A DNA stretch of 64,000 bases from contig RDEW01000099.1 in assembly GCA_011109175.1 (NCBI GenBank), positions 1 to 64,000 of the forward strand. Direction: 5' to 3'. The notes beneath the pieces are model-generated. The model was not told the origin of the DNA, searched no databases, and worked only from the letters and a program-made list of their open reading frames with translations. Origin of the DNA: Dicyema japonicum. Taxonomy: Eukaryota > Animalia > Dicyemida. This document shows, piece by piece, positions 13,150 through 25,146 of the stretch (position 1 is the first letter of the stretch; each line of letters starts with the position of its first letter). The position numbers and the translations under genes are program-made.

Positions 13150-13900
13150 AATTTAAGAACCCGATATTCTCAAAATGGAACTACAGAAAAATTTTTACTG
13201 GAACAAATACGTGCAGAACCATTGCATAGTCTTGATGATAACAATGTTGATATAGAATCTTCCCGTTGGCTTTTGCATGGAAAAAATTCACCCAAATCCG
13301 AAGGAATGTTGTGCCTCACTCAAGATCATAATTTATTCTTCGATAGTATTGGCTCTAATTTTGGTCACTGTAGCACTGTTAAAAAAAGTGTTGATCATTT
13401 GGCTACAAGATGAGGTCGAATGGTGAACAGTGGCTATCTTTGCCGACACTTCCAGCAGGGACTAAAGCAAGTCGAAGAGGAAAAATTGCACAAATATGAC
13501 CTGTTGCAGGCGACTAATACATAATGCTAAGGTTTAAATTGTGCCAATAATGCTTACCTGGGATGGAATTGTATCAAGGTTTTATAAACATCACCATGCT
13601 TCGCTTAATGTGGAGAGTCCTATAAGATCGTACATCCAATCTCAAGTGATCAAGAAGACCTTGAGAGCATGCGAGTAGAACACAAATATGGACTTACTCT
13701 ATAAGAAGGATTGATGGATGTTACCATTAGAGAAGGACTAACGAGCCAAATATGCCACCTTGTAGAGGAACAAAATGGACAAATTGGGACAACGAAGACT
13801 ATAGATGTTATTCAGGATAAGTCTGTGTTATTGGTCGGGTTGAGCAATAAGAGAAGGAGAATGTGCTAGGGAGGATAACATAGAAGGAGCCTCTACATTA
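13150..13900 (+). mobile_element. R4/Dong-like retrotransposon 3' fragment
   Basis: SSRWLLHGKNSPKSEG.LC..QD.NL..KKSVDHLAT, then KQVEEEKLHKYDLL and IMLTWDG-like sequence; homologous to 35339-35569. Confidence 0.8.
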
Positions 13901-13955
13901 GTTAATTTATTTCTGACGTTAATCTTAAATTAATGTAAATTTAATAATAAAATAA

Positions 13956-14052
13956 AAAACGTACGACACTGTGAGTTCCCAAGCGGTCACCCAGCCGCTT
14001 AACTTCCGTGGTCGGCTGAGAACATGTGGTTACGGCAAAGTATGATCGTAGT
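13956..14052 (-). pseudogene. 5S rRNA pseudogene with ~24-nt internal deletion
   Basis: Reverse complement reads ACTACGATCATAC...GTTCTCAGCCGACCACGGAAGTTAAGC GGC|TGGGTGACCGCTTGGGAACTCACAGTGTCGTACG TTTTT. It is colinear with eukaryotic 5S but lacks the ...GTTAGTACTTGGA segment. Confidence 0.85.
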
Positions 14053-14304
14053 TAAAATAGTTGTAAAAATGCCTAAATATTATTCTCTCGCGAGTTATAC
14101 ATTATCAAGGTTTCTGCCAATAAACCCTGATATCTTTTTAACACATGTAATTTCCCTACATGACGTGAATAGTTTTCCGCCTTTTCCCCTCCAATATGTT
14201 TTTTTATTTATATATAGGCTATTCGAATTGCTCCCCTTATACTTTGGATCTCACCATTGAAGTCACTCATCCCACAATAATATGTGTATGTTAAATTCAT
14301 AAAA

Positions 14305-14410
14305 ATGAACCCCACTTTATTTAACAAAATAAAAAAAGTTAATATATTTAATCAACAACCTTCCTCGCCTGCCTGTTCAGACTTGACCATGTCATCAAGA
14401 CCACGTGGAT
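14305..14410 (-). mobile_element. R4/Dong-like 3' terminus only
   Basis: Reverse complement gaacaggcaggcgaggaaggttgttgattaaatatattaacttttttatt..ttaaataaagtggg is nearly identical to 8304-8375. Confidence 0.8.
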
Positions 14411-15035
14411 AATTTTCTTGATGTTGAATTTTATAATTTATTAGCCTTACAGCTGTGTAAAATGTAGTATATTAAATAAAAAATTTAAAAGGTATTCATT
14501 TAGCCTATAGTTCAAACTTGTCTTAGACGCATTGAAATCATTTATACATTTAATATTTTAGACGTATTGGTTTTTAAATTTGCCCATTTGGTGTCATGTT
14601 TTGCCATTTTGCTACTTGATTGAACATTTCTTCTACTTTTTAATGGCGTCATCGGATCTCCTAAACTTTAGGCGACCCTGGCCGGCATTCAAAGTTAGTA
14701 TTCATCGTTTTATTTCGGGAGACTATACAGGTTTCGGCTTTAGTTTCCCTGACAATGTCCTTTGATAACTGCGCTTGATGAGGTCTCTGCTGGAACGCGT
14801 TAAATTTAACCGTTGGTCTATAAACTAATTTCATTTAAGATAACATCATCGGACCAGTTATTGTCTATTTATTTATTCCCGTTGGCATAAAGTGAAAGAA
14901 ACCGATGGTTAACATGAAATGCTTGTCATAAGTGAACGCTTCCTGGTAGACATCTGTACATTTGATGGCATGCCTGATCACGATAGCCTGAGACGATTAT
15001 TAATCTTTTCAATGAACGAAGGAGGATCAATCGTT

Positions 15036-15250
15036 GTGCCCAGTGCCAGGCTGGCATGAAAAGGATCATTTGCTCTCCCATTCTACTAAAAGGATTTCCA
15101 AACTGCAAAGGAATGGAAGTCTATTACCTTTTATGCTGATTTTATATTGACTTGTGTGACGTGAAGGATTGTTTTGTACAGTGGAAACTGGATACACTTA
15201 TTGGACTCTGCTTCTGTAACAGTGGAAACTGAATACACTTAATTATTAGA
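15036..15250 (+). repeat. Short interspersed repeat (SINE-like) copy
   Basis: cccagtgccaggctggcatgaaaaggatcatttgctct...ttaccttttatgctgatt...gtggaaactggatacactta is shared with 58586-58735; this copy has an internal ~40-bp duplication. Confidence 0.75.
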
Positions 15251-15399
15251 ACGCTCTTCGTCTACAATGAAAGACTGTCCAATGTATGGGAGCGATAAAC
15301 ATTTTCTGCGCCCTCCTGTAAGTTAGTGAGGCCATGGTTACTTAACTAACTAACAAAGCTAATGTTTGTAAGAGAAATCGCATCAATCCAAGTTCACTC

Positions 15400-16250
15400 A
15401 TTCGTGTTTCCAAAATTCAAACGAATGAAGAACTCCACAGTGCGTATTTCATCTTATAATTTCTATAGAAACGCGTTCAGTCAACAATCCCTCTTCTAAG
15501 CTGTTCTTTTCCCCTTTTGCTGTCAACAATCCGATGGTCCGTTGATGGGAAAAGAATGACTGCGCACAAATCCAAATCTCCCGAAATTTGTTTTATTTAC
15601 TGTAGTAAAAATATTTTTGATATCAAATTCTTTCGATAAGTGTATTCAATATTTCTACCCCAATATTGGTTTCGTCAATTAAAGCTAAATTTAAGTAAAC
15701 CTCAGATAGCCTAATCCTTTCAATTCGTCTTTGCCATATTCATTTTTATCGTTACCGTAGGGGGGACGGAATACATTTGTAGTATCCTCGAACATGGTTT
15801 ATAAGCAAAACCAATGTAAAAAATAAAAATTCGAAAACGTCTAAGAGACTTCATCAATTCAAAAGTCGGTAAATGGAATGAGTAAATCAAACATTATCAT
15901 CACCTAAGAAATTAATCACTCTCGCCAAACCATGGTCATGAAAATCATGTCGAGCCGAGAGGATAACAAAAAAGTCATCTTCCTCCACTTGCTCATATCA
16001 TAAGCAATCTCCCGTAGTCTATCTAGATCATCTTCTTCTTCTGAGACGTCTCCCAATATTTTGAAGGTGCGCGCAATCATTAAGGCATATCAATAAAAGT
16101 GATAAATCTGTTAGAACGAAATGTTTCTTCGATGAACGATTCAATAAAAACTGATTTTCCCGTTGGAGGCGTCGCGCTTAGGTTTCTTATCAAATCACTC
16201 TGCAGGTTGATCGTGGCATCACATTAAGTGATAATTAGAGCAACCGAAAG
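15400..16250 (-). pseudogene. Decayed gene with P-loop-like motif
   Basis: LSATPPTGKSVFIESF...FITFIDMP at ~16095-16185; downstream GDL...TDHRIVDSKRGK is paralogous to GDL...TGHRIINNKKGK at 47350-47440(-). Confidence 0.3.
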
Positions 16251-16469
16251 TTTCCCGTAAATTAAAAAAATAAGCTTAAAAAGTAAATTGATCTAAAATT
16301 TTTAATATTTAACTTAAAAAAGTCATTTTCGAGTAGGAAATCTCTTATCGCCAACGTGACACTATGAGCACCAGGAAATGATGTGAAGTCTGCTGTAGAA
16401 GGCCAGGATGGAATTTTTTCCATTCTGACTATGACGTTGTTTTTTTGTTAATAAATGTAAATTTAAAGA

Positions 16470-17290
16470 TTAGTCGTCAAAATTAAAACAAATTATCATA
16501 ATTTTTTTAACTAAAGGTGTTGTGTAGAAATCTTGTCTTTTGTGAGGATATTTAACTTTGACGTAAATTACCAGTAAAGTCACAAAAACTCCGAAAATAA
16601 TAAGACCATAAATCAAAGGTTCATAATCATGGTTGGAAGATCTAGTTCTCGTAATTTTTTGTATTCCAACCACGTTGCAACCAATCGCTTATCAATTAAT
16701 ATAAAATTAAACCATTTCCAGTAAATTTTTTGATTTTGTCGTTTCTAAAAAATTGAAATTTAAAATTCGATATATTCAAGGATGATTTGTCTTTGCAAAT
16801 TATGAAGAGTTTACATTGATAATAATCCTTTATATGAATAGTCATATCCGGCTATATGAATAGTCATATCCGGCTTTATTATGAATCTGGACATATCTAA
16901 ATTCAAGACAATGATTCACTCTGAATTGAGAAATGTATCTCATATACCTGAACCTTATTTTGAATGCGTTTATATTTAAAGGTTATATGAGCAACATCAT
17001 CTATCAAAGCTGCGATCCTGTAATCTTTTCCTCCTATGAAAACGAGTCTTGGTTTAGTAAGTGAATGAATTTTAATCTAACATCAAATATTTCTTTACTT
17101 GGTCGTGATGTAAATAAGTCACAGTGATTCTTCCACTGATAATCGACGTTACATTACCATAGTCTAATTCTATCCACATTGGAACACCATCATCATCCAT
17201 TTGGACATATTTTTTGTGATTTACTTTGCTTTGAGTGTTAAAGATCATTAAAAACATGAAGATAGCTAAGATAAGCGTTAATTTTGAAAC
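16470..17290 (-). pseudogene. Type I membrane/surface protein gene, probably disrupted
   Basis: Signal-like N-terminus (LAIFMFLMIFNTQS), TM segment LIYGLIIFGVFVTLLVIYVKVK and short tail; 22-bp tandem duplication at 16832-16875; related to 5620-6950. Confidence 0.45.
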
Positions 17291-17869
17291 CTGTCAAGTG
17301 ACCCATTTCTGTTAGAAATCTAATTAATTATTGTAAATTTATTTACTCAATTTATGTCAAATTTTTTCGACTTATAATATTAAAAAAATTAATAAAAATT
17401 TTCCAGTAATATCGTAATCTGTTATCACGTAAAAATTTATTTTTGAATCCAAATTTTTAGCTAATTTGATAGTTTAGTGATTGACACCTTTCTAGTATTC
17501 TCTGTCTTTATTGTACTCTCAGTCTGCATATTCTACGATTTCTTTGCCTGTCGTTCACCAAAAGTGCTCGACATGAAAATGGTGGTTCTATGAAAGCGTC
17601 CTAACGATCGTTAGTTTCCTTTTTTAGCGAATTAGAGGTTTATAGTTTAATGTAAGTACATTCGAACCTTCAAAATTGGCCACATTTTGAATAAATTTTT
17701 TAAGAAAAAAATCCAATACTCCATATTAATTGGCCTTTTTTTAATCGGGCAAAATTTTTATTTAATTTCAAAACAAATTCGAAAAAAAATAAAATTTCAT
17801 TAACACATTTCTTCGAATGCTTCTCGTGGACTCTAAACTCTCCTACTTTTAATAAAAAATTCGAAACAC

Positions 17870-18100
17870 TAAGCGACCGAATCGCGTTCTATCCCATTGT
17901 GGTAGAGACAACTCGAAGAATAAGTGGAAAATCACTTCCCTTACTAAAGAAACTTGGACGCCTAGCTACACTAAAAAGCTATGACTCATGTGAGACCCCG
18001 GTGGCTTCTCCAGTTGATCTCTGTTTCAATCGTGAGAGGGAACGCAACGTCGATTATGTCGGCAGGGACCACTTTGGATGGGTGGCTGCGTTAATTAATT
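17870..18100 (+). mobile_element. CRE-like 3' end
   Basis: FYPIVVETT..ISGKSLPLLKKLGRL...WLLQLISVSIVRGNATSIM is the CRE RLE C-terminal pattern (VET.G....LG.....WL.Q.IS.AI.RGNA). Confidence 0.75.
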
Positions 18101-18104
18101 AGTT

Positions 18105-21100
18105 TGTTAAGTTAGTTAGTTAATAGCACTCCCTCGTTGCCATAAGCACGTAAAATGCCTAGGGTTTCACTCGTGCCGACACTCGACTGTCCTCCCAGTC
18201 TGCCCTCTCCATCTAGCTATGTCCCTCACGCGTTTACGAATATCCTCAAGATCGTTTCCAGTTTTGAGTTGACCGCCAATTCGTGCGTAATCGTTAATCA
18301 GGCAGAGAAGAAGTGTATATCTTGGCCGACCCTGAAATCCAATTCCGTGATTTGAATAGTAATCTTCCATGATTTGATTGCAAGGAATCACCTCGTCCAT
18401 TCTCAGAACGTGTCCGAAAAGTCGCCAGCGTGAGGTAAATACTTCTCCGCTTATCGGTTTGCATTTACATAATTTGTAGAGAGTGTCGTTTTTGATAATC
18501 TGTGGCCATTTGATTTCCGCAATTTTTCTCAATTGATTTCTATGAAATGTGTCTATTCTGTCAAGGTCCGTTTTTGATGTTCCCCATGTTCCCGAGTTAT
18601 ATAATAGGACTGGTTGTATGAACGTGTTATATAATCGGGCAAAATTTTTATTTAATTTTAAAACAACGCATCCAAAGATTTAAGGAGATAAGTTTTCTGC
18701 GAGTCCAAATACTCCACATCTTTTTCAGTGCACACGATGCCAACATCTTTCTGCAAGCAATGTCCTAGCATCACCCAAAAATAAGCTGAGTCTTTTAGTA
18801 GACCTCCATTTCTCATCAATCCGTGTCGGTAACCGCTGAATCGAAGTTAACTCCGATTTTTCTGAATTGATCTTTAAAGACCATTTCTCCAGAACGATTG
18901 TGGCTTAATCTACTACGGTTCTTAGTACCTCCACATCCTCAGACACAAAATCGATGTCATCAGCATACATTAATTCCACAAAATGATTATTTAAGTGACC
19001 CAATTCTTTTCTAACGTCCTTCAACGCAGCTTCCAAATAGATTGCAAAGAGAACTGGTGAAAGCGAGTCCCCTTGCGGAGCACCAATCCCGGTCGTGAAT
19101 TTTTCCGAATAATTCTTCACCACTTTCACCATGAGGCTCGTGTCAGCCATCAAAAAACGCACAATCCTCAAACAGTCCTCATCAATTATGTCCTTGAGAA
19201 CTTTCAATTGTTTATCTCGGCAGACACTACGAATGCTTTCGATAAGTCGACTCCCAGAATATACATTGTTTTTCTGTACTTCCGACATATTGCCGTAAGC
19301 CACCAATGACTCCATACTACATCAGCGGTCGATCTTCCTGGTCTGAATCCGCTTTGACTAGGTGACAAGTGTTGGTCAACTTAATTTGATATTCGATTCA
19401 ATGTTGTAATCGACAATGTTTTTCGCAAAATGGTCAAAAACACGATCGGCCTGAGATTTTCAATTAAACCTGCAGGTTTGCTAGGTTTTTGTAAAGGAAG
19501 TAGAACTCCCATCGCATGTCAATTGAACAGTGAGTCCTGAATATCTCGTTGAGTATGAAAGTTATCTTTTCTGCTAGCTAGGTTGGTGCTTATTTTAACA
19601 ACACACAATTAATGTCATCACCAGCTGCTCTGTTGTTATTCAGGCGAAGGAGTGCTCTGCGGATATCGGAATCCGTAAACACATTATTAAGTGAACGAGG
19701 CAGTCCTGTGTTATGGGTATAGTATCCTCCCGATTGAACTGCTTACTAAAATGTTGGGCTATAAGTCCAGCAGAACGGTTAGCGTCAAATACAAAGTGAG
19801 CGAACTCATCATGAATTTTTAAATTGGTTATAGCTGACTCGCGCTTGAGTAAACACACAGCCATAAACATTTTTGCACCTGAATGTAATCTTTCCACTTC
19901 CAATACTCGTTGGTCCAAAAAGTCCGACCATGATTGGATCACATTCTTCTTAATTTGGTGTTGGATTGTATTCCGAAATTTTTTTAATTCGGATTTTCGT
20001 TCAGGATCTCAAGTTTCAATTTGAAGTCTTATATCTCGTTGACGGATAGACAATTCATTGACTGTCGAGTTATATGCTCCTTTATATCTTCCTTTCATAG
20101 TCTTTTCGCGAATCCCAACTGTTTTTTGGCAGCCGTCATTATGGCTTCAGAGATTCTTTTCCACACGATCTGGGATAGGCATTCCATAGAAATGTTGGAT
20201 AGTTTATTCGCTGCTGGTATCTCGTGAGGAGCGCAGTTTTATTTACTAATTCTTCTGCTATCATCTGTGTTTTTCTGGGAAGTGCATGATTTGCACATAA
20301 CATTCCATAAAGCTGCTAAGATTCAACCGACAGACTACGATCTTGTGATCGCTATTTGTCAATTATCATCCACACGAACGGGAGTCCACTAATAATCTCT
20401 TGTGCGACTGCTTGCACAAAATATAATCTATTTGAATAAATATCTTTTGTTCCTCTCCATTTTTATTTGTTCTACATCCTACCCAGGTGGTCTTGTGTCG
20501 GGCGGCGTGCTGAAAGGCCGTGTTGCACAGAAACAAATCGTAGGTATTACAAAAAATCGATCATAAAATTTCCAAAGAATTTCGATACAGTCCGACCCCG
20601 AATTGGGGCACCAAGTGCCCCAAAAACAGGGGTTTAATAAAACAGAGATTTTAAACATCAAAAATCAATTTTAGAAAAATAATCAGTTAATTTATCACCA
20701 GTTATCCATTTACTTCTTACATTTTTCATAAAATTAAGTCGAAAATCGTAAAATTCTTTGAGCATTTCAGGAGATATGTAAAAAATTTTCTTCTCTAGCT
20801 GATCAAGAGAATCTTGCGTTTCTTTTAGAATTGTTTCCATGTTGTTGTTTTCTAAACCTTCGTTGTAAATATTATCAACGAATTCGTCACTTTCCCCATT
20901 CAATGTTTCGTTTACGGCATTGTTGATCATTTCTTCTGTAATGGTATCTTCAATTTTTACGGAATCACGAATCTTTTCAATTTGATTCCAACAATTAAAT
21001 ATTAAACTTGGATCAAGCTTTTCCCAGCTTTTAGAAATTAGCAGAATTACATGACGAATGTTTATTTTGTTTATCAACCGTTTGAATTCATCATCATCTT

Positions 21101-22800
21101 CCTCAAAACACAATGAATCAGATAATTTGAGTAATAATCTTTAAAGGTCTTGATAATTCCCATATCCAATGGTTGCAAATACGGTGTTGTATTTTTTGGC
21201 AAAAATAAAAACTCAATATTTGAGCATTCAATAGTTTTATGACATCCCGCATTATCAAGCAATATTAATACTTTTCTGTTGATTGAATAAAATCTTTCAT
21301 TTATCCGAGTCAACCAGCTCATAAAAATATTTCCAGTCATCCATGCATTTTTAGAGGATGAATATGAAATTCCAAAATCTTTCACATTGAAATTTTTGAG
21401 ACATCGAGGGTTTTTAAATTTTCCAACAATCAATGGGTCAAGTTTTTCCCCCATGGAATTGCAACAAAGAAGTACAGTGACTCTTTCTTTTCCCTGTTTA
21501 AAGCCAAAAGTATCGTCATTTATTCCGACAAACGACTTTCGTGGAGTCCTTTTTATATAAAGAGCAGTTTCATCACAATTAAAAACATTTTGTCTTCCAT
21601 ATTGAATAATTTTCTCATCAAGAATTTAAAAAAACTCATTGATGTAAGTCAAGTCACATGAATTTTTTTCTCCACAAATTGATTTAAATTTCAGTTCATG
21701 TCGCTTTTTAAATCTGTCAAGCCAGCCGTTTGAAGCTTTGAAAGTATCAAATCCAATTTTTGAAGCCGCATATAAGGCAATTTTCTTTATGAAATACCTG
21801 ATATAGGAACCTTATCTTCGCGTAGTTTCTGAAATATTTCAAAAACTTGATCATCGAATTTAGATTTCTCACAATAAGGCATAGGATCCTCATCCGTGTT
21901 TACAGTTCCTTGTTCAAGAAAAAGTACAATTGTTTTTTTTATTCGCGAAATCATGCCTTTACTAGTTTTGTATTTTTTAATTATCTGTCTTTCAGATAAT
22001 TTGTTCTTCAATATCAATTTAGCAATCGTTAATTTTGTTTCGTAGTTGATAACCATTCACAACAAAAAATGTAAATAAACGTGTAAATTAAAATTATATA
22101 TTTATTAATAAAATATAATTTTATTTACTTATAATTTCATTCCCCACAATTTTATAGTGTCCCAAAATTTCCATATTTTTTATCGATTTTCCATTTTACT
22201 CTGCCAAAATGTTGGCCAAAAAAAATTCCCCACCCCTGGGGTCTGCCCCAATTCGGGGTCGGACTGTATCCTCTTCCGTGATTACCAATGCAATTTTCAC
22301 CTCTGCGTTTAATTCCTGTCTTTGAATTCCACTCTCCCGCAACAAAAATTAGCATGGACGAGCAGAATTGACTTCCGATAAACTCATAAAAATCATTAAG
22401 CTCATCCAAGGAAGTTGATAATCTTCCTGTGTGGAGGGTATACACAGTTATGACAGTCATAATCGATCTCTTATTACGTGATCCGATATTAGGTTGGATG
22501 ATAGCAATTCGGTCTGTTACCCTCCATACTTTGAGTAATCTATCCACAAGTGAAATGTGTATAGCAAAGCCCATCACATAATGACGGGAGTCGGATGGTG
22601 TAGTATTAACCGGTAATTGTCATAGCATACATCTCGTTCCATTGTCACCTTCTTCTCTTGCAGACATGCCACAACGATCTTGTATCTTTCTAGATCCGTA
22701 CATAGAATGTTCTGTTTGATGTTTGAGACAATTCCTCTGACATTGAAAGATGTAATGAAAAAAACGTAGAGCGGATTGATCGAGAATACGATAAAGACAT
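18105..22800 (-). mobile_element. Near-full-length decayed RTE retrotransposon interrupted by a Tigger element
   Basis: EN (TSFNVRG..ACLQEKK; GFAI; GNHGRG|YRN..FQHAARHKTTW), RT (GAPQGDSLSPVLF; YADDIDF), C-terminus (LYNSGTWG; RWRLFGHVLR; GRPR) and an (AACT)n tail at 18105-18122. Confidence 0.9.
20588..22266 (-). mobile_element. Tigger/pogo (Tc1-mariner superfamily) DNA transposon, disrupted transposase
   Basis: Perfect 23-bp TIRs cagtccgaccccgaattggggca (20588-20610 and 22244-22266) flanked by TA; CENP-B-like HTH and DDE_1 motifs (NCDETAL, LLLDNAGCH, FLPKNTT..LQPLDMGIIK.FK). Confidence 0.95.
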
Positions 22801-23399
22801 TATAATGAGAGATGTGTCAACCAACTCAACCAACAACAAAATTATTGATTTTATTTTTTTTAAATCGGCAATTCCTCAAATTTTCCACAAAATTTTAAGG
22901 AAACAAAATTGACCAATTTGCGAGGGTTGACTGTATATTTGGTGTTGACATAACAAAATTAATGTAATTAATTCACAAAAATTTACTTCCTTAATTCATT
23001 TCATCAAAAAGTATCAACTGTTTACCGACTCCAGAGGACTTGAAGGCGAAGATATGAGTCTACAAAAAGATCCTGTTCTAATGGTTGGCTAAAAGGGGAA
23101 TCCGCTCAGAGTTGGAGGGATTACTATGAGAAGGTGACTTTATATAGACATTGACAATAGTTGTCGAAGACTTCACTCTGGTGAATTACATGTATATCTG
23201 AAGCTATCTTTTGTATGAAACCACGTGTGTTAAATAACATTAATTATGAGAGTACATTACTAGGTACTTTAATCGACAATGTAAATCATTATCTTCTATC
23301 ATCTTTTATCCCTTTAGTATAAGATACTCTTCTCTCATTTCTGTCTTCCCTTCTTTAGGGTAAATCACACAATCCTCACAAAAATCGGTGTTAGGTGAT

Positions 23400-24500
23400 C
23401 AAACTCAGCAATATGTTCCCTGGAGAATACTCCTTTTTCGATATTGTAATTCTCAGCTCTCATATCTTTTTGAATTTCAGGGACAGAATAGATGATGTAT
23501 TCTGTTAATAATAATTTTATTTATAAATATCTATAATCAAAGTCATTTCAATTTTAACTTTTTCTTGGGTTCTTTAATAAAATTAATATCATTCACAATA
23601 TCAAGAATGAAAAAAAATTATTTTTTGGGTTAAATTTAAAATTCTAGTTTTATGTATTCCTTCTATACGATCTCCATTTTCATTTTGAAGCACGTATATG
23701 TCATCTCGTTCAACGGCGCAATATTTCACATAATCCAGTACATCGTATAATTGATACCGGGGGATGTTTGGAACATTTTCTTGTCTAAAAATCAGTATTT
23801 GTACGCAACCTTAAAATTACATTATCTCCGATACCAATTACCAAGTCGTCAAATTTCGGGGAGTAACCATCTTCTCGGATGCATTCAACAAGTGTCCGAA
23901 ATCTGTTTTTCTCACTATTATTAGTTCCTCGTGTCGATATTCTTCGGTTAATTGCTCAACTTCGTATTCTCTTACCCTCCACACCCATAAAAATATAGAA
24001 AAGTATTTTTTTCGTTGATGAATGAATCGTAGTATTGTAATCAAAGACAATGAATTTGATTTATGTACAATACTTCCAAAACAACCTCTGGACGAGGATG
24101 TCGAAGACATGCAACTTTAATACTTTGATTAAATCTACATACTTATAGCTTAAAATTTACCTTTCGACTTTTCCTTGAATCCTGGGGGCTCGAGGCCTAC
24201 TCGGAAATGTTTTATGGAGTATTTTCTGCATAAATCCTCCATTAAGGAATTGCAAAATTCCTTACCAATTTCTGTATCTAGGATCAATGGCAATCCGACA
24301 TAAAAAATATATTGGAAGAGTGCTACAATTTCTTTTGGTCGTTTAGTTATAGCAAACTCAACCATATTGTATTTTAGAAAGTCCATAACAACCAAATCTA
24401 AACTTTAATATCAGAAATCAAACACATGAATATCCATCATTGATTTCTGAGTATCTCCTTAGGTCTATTAAGTCAGCAAAATAGCGATCCCTTGGACTCT
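23400..24500 (-). mobile_element. Ginger2/KRBA2-like rve integrase remnant
   Basis: RDRYFADLIDLRRYSEINDGYS, IF.YVGLP.IL.TEIGKEF.N..LCRKYSIKH (degenerate D..D core); frameshifted. Confidence 0.7.
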
Positions 24501-25146
24501 AGCAAAGATCGGTGTTATTACGGTTTCGTGTGAAGTAATTTCTTTGCCTGTGGAAATAAAAAGGGGAAAATACCTGACAAAATACACAATTGGAGATAAC
24601 GGTCCCACTCAGATCCCTACTAATCCCGTAATACACCTGCCTCATTATTGAAAATAGTCGGTCTCTACCAAGTGATTATAATTATGTTCTGCGTAATTAA
24701 TTGTGACTTTAAGGCGAATCTCTATTGTTTTTAGCACAAATTCCTATTCTTCTTATCAAAAAACCGTACTCTTTTATTACAGTTCAAATATAGGCCTTTT
24801 TTAATTGAAAATAATTTTTTTGAGAGTTTCGTTAGATGAAATCTGTCAAGTGGACTAATGTCTCCTCCTACGTAGGGATTATTGTTGATTTCCTTAATTT
24901 CCTCAATTTTTCTTGAGTTAATCGCACCAAACGCATTTGTTCACGTTTTTATTTTTTTTACTTTTAATTAATTAATTATTTATATTGATTAAATATTAAA
25001 ATTTATAGATATATTTTAATATCCGATGAAAATTTATGAAATTTCATTTTTTTAATTTAATTTGCAAACATCAATTAATTTATTATCGCATTAATTAATA
25101 GGGATGTGACATTATCTGCCCTTATTTGATGAACCGTCATTTAATC

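Larger units (their letters stand above)
17659..22933. mobile_element. Putative old Tigger/pogo-type shell enclosing CRE, RTE and Tigger insertions
   Basis: TA+cattcgaaccttcaaaattggcca at the left and gaccaatttgcgagggttgactg+TA at the right are imperfect inverted repeats; the left end is also seen at 51691. Confidence 0.35.
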
